The translations under genes and the position numbers were made by a program. The notes below the pieces were generated by a model. The model was not told the origin of the DNA. It saw only the letters and a program-made list of their open reading frames with translations, and searched no databases. A stretch of DNA of 20,000 nt from sequence record SRR31156797_2530; one strand, given 5' to 3'. Positions 16,291 to 20,000 of the stretch are shown here, piece by piece (the first letter of the stretch is position 1; each line of letters begins with the position of its first letter).

Positions 16291-16929
16291 TCACTCATTC
16301 GGGCATCCGTTACCGAGAATCTCTTCAACCGTCCTCTTTGTACCGCGGAATCGTAACAAAAAAAGCAGCAAGAGCACACCAAGTTGCGTGATTAATAGAC
16401 CTTTAAAGGGAAATTCAAAAGTAAAGCCTGCGGGAAGATGAAAGAAATGAAAAAAATCCTGCAGTGCTTTTTGACTAAGCCACAAACCGCTGACAAGCCC
16501 TATCAAACCAATAACAATGCTTTGAATGCCTACAAAGAAAAGCTCTTCTAAGGTGACCACCAACGGAGACTGTCCTAACAACAACCGAATACTCAGGGAT
16601 TGCTGCTCCTCCCCCATCAAATGAAAACGATACATGTGATTGCAGTGCCATAAAAAGGCGGCGATCAATCCTATAGCTAGAATGCTAAGTACGAAGCGCA
16701 GCAAATGCAAAAAGAAAAGCCAACTGGCATATGTGAGATCCATCTGATTCTCACCACTATTTGTTTCGTAGTGCAGCCATTGATGAAAAAAAACTAGCCA
16801 ATTCTCTGCAAAGATGGCAATGATCAGTAGAAGAATCGCCAATACACCACTCATCAGCAAACTGCGCCTACGAAGTGCTGCGTGCCAGCCGAATTGGCAA
16901 GGATAGTAGAAGTACCGCCATTTGTTCAT
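16291..16929 (-). CDS. FtsX-like permease-domain membrane protein (4 TM, very short extracellular loop)
   Basis: SIRLLLGQSPLVVTLEELFFVGIQSIVIGLIG resembles the FtsX/MacB C-domain. AAAAGGAGG SD before the ATG at 16929; promoter TTGTCT-17-TAAAAT at 16980-16952. Confidence 0.65.
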   Translation of the reverse strand: MNKWRYFYYPCQFGWHAALRRRSLLMSGVLAILLLIIAIFAENWLVFFHQWLHYETNSGENQMDLTYASWLFFLHLLRFVLSILAIGLIAAFLWHCNHMYRFHLMGEEQQSLSIRLLLGQSPLVVTLEELFFVGIQSIVIGLIGLVSGLWLSQKALQDFFHFFHLPAGFTFEFPFKGLLITQLGVLLLLFLLRFRGTKRTVEEILGNGCPNE

Positions 16930-16989
16930 GATAGCCCTCCTTTTGGCGTCTATTTTACAGAACTTTTCAAATTTAGACAAACATCTTCT

Positions 16990-17016
16990 TGTTTACATAA
17001 TATAATTATGAACAAA
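16990..17016 (-). other. dif-like site with a near-perfect XerD arm (candidate XerD-only binding site)
   Basis: Minus strand TTTGTTCATAA-TTATA-TTATGTAAACA; 14 contiguous nt (TATATTATGTAAAC) are identical to dif. Confidence 0.55.
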
Positions 17017-17047
17017 AAAGAGTGCGGCACGTAGCCCACACTCTTTT
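17012..17047 (-). terminator. Intrinsic terminator of the DUF6530/AAA-vWA operon
   Basis: Minus strand AAAAGAGTGTGGGC-TACGT-GCCGCACTCTTTTTTGTT. Confidence 0.8.
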
Positions 17048-17065
17048 CCCTTTAGCTATCGACGT

Positions 17066-19333
17066 CTACAAATACCTTGTCAGCAGCTGCAACAAGCGCT
17101 GCGGAAATTCTGTTAGATTGGAAAGATCAATAAAGCGTTCTTCCCCATAAATCGCTTTGATCACCTCTTTGTCTTGGCCAATGGCAGCTGCCAGAAACAG
17201 CACCCCTTGTCGTTCATAGTCAGCGATCACTTGCTGAATATCTTCTTTGGCTTTTACCCCTGTATAATCAGGAAGAGCTTTTGGCTGGCCATCACTGATA
17301 TTCAAGAGTAATTTAGTGGTTGCCGGCTGATGAGCGAGCTTTTCAGCTAGCACGCGCAAGACAGCCCCATCACGGTTATTTTGCCGAGGCTTCATTGTCA
17401 TGAGTTTCTCTGGCACAAATTCAAAGCCTTCATTAAATTCTTTGTAAGCAAAAAGCGAGGTTTTTTCACGAGCGGTCACGTCCGCTGTATCGCCATAGAT
17501 CATCAATGGCAAAGATAAACGTTCGGCAAAAGCATTCACCGCTAAGACCGCCTGTTGCGCATACAATATCCGATCTTCTCGAATCATCGAACCCGATTCA
17601 TCGATGCGCAAAGCAAGAGCTAAGGAAGGCTGTTCATGAGGTGGATTCTTCTTGTCAAAGGTCCGGAAATCTTGATACGCAACCTTGCTGGCATCAAAGC
17701 GTGTGCCGCTGTACTTACCTTTACTGTATGCCGAAGCTTGTTCATTTTCCAATACTTCTTGGGTTTGCTTGATCAATGACTCTACGATCGGCAGCAACGG
17801 CTGCAAACGCTGTTGGGCTTCAGTCGCTTTTTCTAAATCGACGGGTGGTCGATGAACGATCAGCCCTTCTTTGGCATGGATTGATTCTTTCAATGCTTGT
17901 CGTGCTGCCTTTGATGCCGTAGTTTTCTTTTCTTTCTCCTGGGCTTCATACGCTTCGATCGACAAAGAATGAGCAGCAGGAGCTGCCTCTTGTGCCTCAC
18001 TCCCAGCTTTTGCTTGGCCATCATGACTATTGCGTTCTAGTTCTTCTGAAAACGTCGCCTCAGTTGCTGCGCTTTTCGCTTCTTGTTTGTCAGAATCACT
18101 GGTTTCCATCGTTTCCGCCTCAGTTTCTTGATTGGCGGTCTCAAGGACTTGCTCATTTTTTAGGACGGGCGTGCCTTCTTCCACTACATTGCGCTGGTCC
18201 GCCTCTTCGCTGCTGATTCGGCGTCCTTTGATTTGTTCTTTAAAGGCATTTAGCGGTTGTCCAGAAAACAAAAGCCGCAATTGCGCCAATAACCCTGAAG
18301 CTTCTAGCGCCTGTTGTAAAAGAGAAAGCTCATTCGGATCGGTGGTGATTTTGTATAGCACTTTGCTATCAATTGCTGTAAAGGGATCTTGTCCTTGCTT
18401 GACTGCATTTAGCCAATAAAAATAGGAACGCATGCCCGCCACTCCTTTGATGGCGTTGGCTTTGGCGGTCACGTCTAGCAAGCGTATGATCTCAGCCATT
18501 TTCTCCGCAGTCGTTTTGTCCGGATAATTGGTTTTGGCAATGCCTCGCTGCACCATGACTGCTAGCTCAGGTAAATCCATTTTTTCAGCATGCTGCATCC
18601 GATCTCGCAAGGATTCGTTCAATGGTCGGTTGCCTTGGTAATTCCGATTCGTTGTGATGATCACCACACAGTCAGGGTGTCGTCGGACGAAGCCAGTCGG
18701 GATATTCAGCATTCCATTTTGTTCAAGGGCCGAGTTTAGTGCCACTAGTACCGAAGCATCACGAATGACCGTTGGCTCTTGAATCTCAAGCAAGTAGCCT
18801 TTTTCCAGCGCCCGTACGATTTCGGAGGGATAAAATTTGTATTGAATCGTAGGTTGTTGATCACTGGTTTCGATTCGTTCGATCAGTTCTGCAAATTTCG
18901 CCCGTGCCCGCTCACGAGTCAGGGAAAAATGCCGCTGGATCAACCCCAAAACATCTTCAAAACAATCACTTTGATAAATCGCATCCAGCAAGTCCTTGTC
19001 CTCTTCTTGGTCGGTGTTGATCACTGGTAATAAAGCACCAAACACATCTGACTTATCCATATCCGCAAAGCAGGTGATTTTGGTGTAGGGCAGTTGCAGG
19101 TCGGCAGAAAGTGCCTTTGCCAACTGGGTCTTGCCGGAACCAGCATCGCCTTCCAGCAACACATTGAAGATCTTCATCTCTGGATCCGCCCAATTCAACG
19201 CGATCTCTGAAGCAATTCGTAGTTCTTCAGCACTGGTCTGATGACTTTGTGGTTTTTTCCAAATCATGGTTTGTTCTAATTTGCTAAAAGCGCGTCCTTT
19301 CGTTACAACAAAAGACGGTTGATTTTGTGTCAT
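17066..19333 (-). CDS. MoxR/CbbQ-NorQ-type AAA+ ATPase fused through an acidic linker to a CobT/NorD-type vWA domain
   Basis: Walker A GDAGSGKT, Walker B variant LLEIQE, TTN sensor-1, SLRDR arginine finger; E/S/A-rich linker; MIDAS DESGSM, NNRD and ISDGQP; AAAGGAG SD. Confidence 0.92.
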   Translation of the reverse strand: MTQNQPSFVVTKGRAFSKLEQTMIWKKPQSHQTSAEELRIASEIALNWADPEMKIFNVLLEGDAGSGKTQLAKALSADLQLPYTKITCFADMDKSDVFGALLPVINTDQEEDKDLLDAIYQSDCFEDVLGLIQRHFSLTRERARAKFAELIERIETSDQQPTIQYKFYPSEIVRALEKGYLLEIQEPTVIRDASVLVALNSALEQNGMLNIPTGFVRRHPDCVVIITTNRNYQGNRPLNESLRDRMQHAEKMDLPELAVMVQRGIAKTNYPDKTTAEKMAEIIRLLDVTAKANAIKGVAGMRSYFYWLNAVKQGQDPFTAIDSKVLYKITTDPNELSLLQQALEASGLLAQLRLLFSGQPLNAFKEQIKGRRISSEEADQRNVVEEGTPVLKNEQVLETANQETEAETMETSDSDKQEAKSAATEATFSEELERNSHDGQAKAGSEAQEAAPAAHSLSIEAYEAQEKEKKTTASKAARQALKESIHAKEGLIVHRPPVDLEKATEAQQRLQPLLPIVESLIKQTQEVLENEQASAYSKGKYSGTRFDASKVAYQDFRTFDKKNPPHEQPSLALALRIDESGSMIREDRILYAQQAVLAVNAFAERLSLPLMIYGDTADVTAREKTSLFAYKEFNEGFEFVPEKLMTMKPRQNNRDGAVLRVLAEKLAHQPATTKLLLNISDGQPKALPDYTGVKAKEDIQQVIADYERQGVLFLAAAIGQDKEVIKAIYGEERFIDLSNLTEFPQRLLQLLTRYL

Positions 19334-19351
19334 GGCAATCTGCTCCTTTTC

Positions 19352-19831
19352 TTAATAACCTAGCTCATCTAAAAGCCGCTTTAGGATTTTGAAGCGTTCG
19401 CCGTATAGCTCGCCATCTTTTTGCAAGGAATCATAAAAAAGTAGAATGTCTTCATCGATCTTAGGATTTTCGGTGTCTACTTCAACGGTCATACGATTTC
19501 CTTGTAAGCCAATGATCTCGATCAACGGATTTTCAGGATCGTAAAACTTTTCATGGCGATAAGCCTCTTGAAAATACAAACTGGATTGCGCCACTAAGAT
19601 TGCTAGATCTAAGATTCTAGTGAGCGGTAGTTCTTCTGACTGACGAGACCATTTTTCACCTGTGTGGCGCCAAACCTTGCCTGAGATATCGACTTTTCCC
19701 CGGTCGTTCCATTGTGCCAATCCGAGGGAAAGGCCTTTTGCATCCGTATGTAACGCATTTTTTCCGTCAACAGTATCATAGTCTTCCACTTTAATGACGG
19801 GCTTATGTTTCAAGTTTTCTGGTATTTTCAT
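19352..19831 (-). CDS. DUF6530 family protein
   Basis: MKIPENLKHKPVI...DAKGLSLGLAQWNDRGKVDISGKVWRHTGEKWSRQSEELPL; AAGGAG SD before the ATG at 19831 (159 aa). Confidence 0.8.
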   Translation of the reverse strand: MKIPENLKHKPVIKVEDYDTVDGKNALHTDAKGLSLGLAQWNDRGKVDISGKVWRHTGEKWSRQSEELPLTRILDLAILVAQSSLYFQEAYRHEKFYDPENPLIEIIGLQGNRMTVEVDTENPKIDEDILLFYDSLQKDGELYGERFKILKRLLDELGY

Positions 19832-19848
19832 TGTTCTCACTCCTTGTT

Positions 19849-19907
19849 TAGTAAATTACTAATTTACTAGATAGAGTAAGTATAATGAGGAAGCTGGTTT
19901 GGAACAA
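19849..19907 (-). promoter_or_regulatory. Promoter with a downstream palindromic operator
   Basis: TTGTTC-17-TATACT (19907-19879), then the inverted repeat TAGTAAATT-N3-AATTTACTA (19849-19869) between the predicted +1 and the SD. Confidence 0.65.
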
Positions 19908-20000
19908 GCAAAAGGTCTTTTCTAGTAGCTAGGGACAGATGTCTAGTTGATTTTCAGTGGCAAACGATTCTGTCCATGACTGCGGCGATTTCAGGAACCA

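Overview
Low-GC Firmicute chromosomal DNA, most like an Enterococcus of the casseliflavus/gallinarum type (inferred from protein families and the dif sequence). The window spans the replication terminus, with a canonical Firmicute dif site at 13830-13857. Left of dif lie: a glutathione-reductase-like oxidoreductase (5' truncated), an ECF sigma factor with an atypical partner, a family-1 glycosyltransferase, an AmiS/UreI channel, a LexA DNA-binding-domain-only protein, a secreted non-specific nuclease, mgtE, an rsgA homologue, a DUF2200 gene, an SOS-box-controlled YolD-like three-gene operon with no polymerase, and small membrane proteins. dif is flanked by about 1.5 kb of AT-rich, decayed sequence. 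Right of dif all intact genes point towards dif: an SOS-box-controlled operon (PD-(D/E)XK nuclease plus sce7725-family protein), an FtsX-like permease, and a DUF6530 + MoxR-AAA/vWA fusion operon with a palindromic operator. The best leads are these two uncharacterised operons, a leader-peptide attenuator before rsgA, a CiaR-box-type promoter driving a ~55-nt sRNA candidate, a structured non-M-box mgtE leader, and an extra XerD arm 3.1 kb from dif. All family assignments come from motif recognition by eye, not from database searches.
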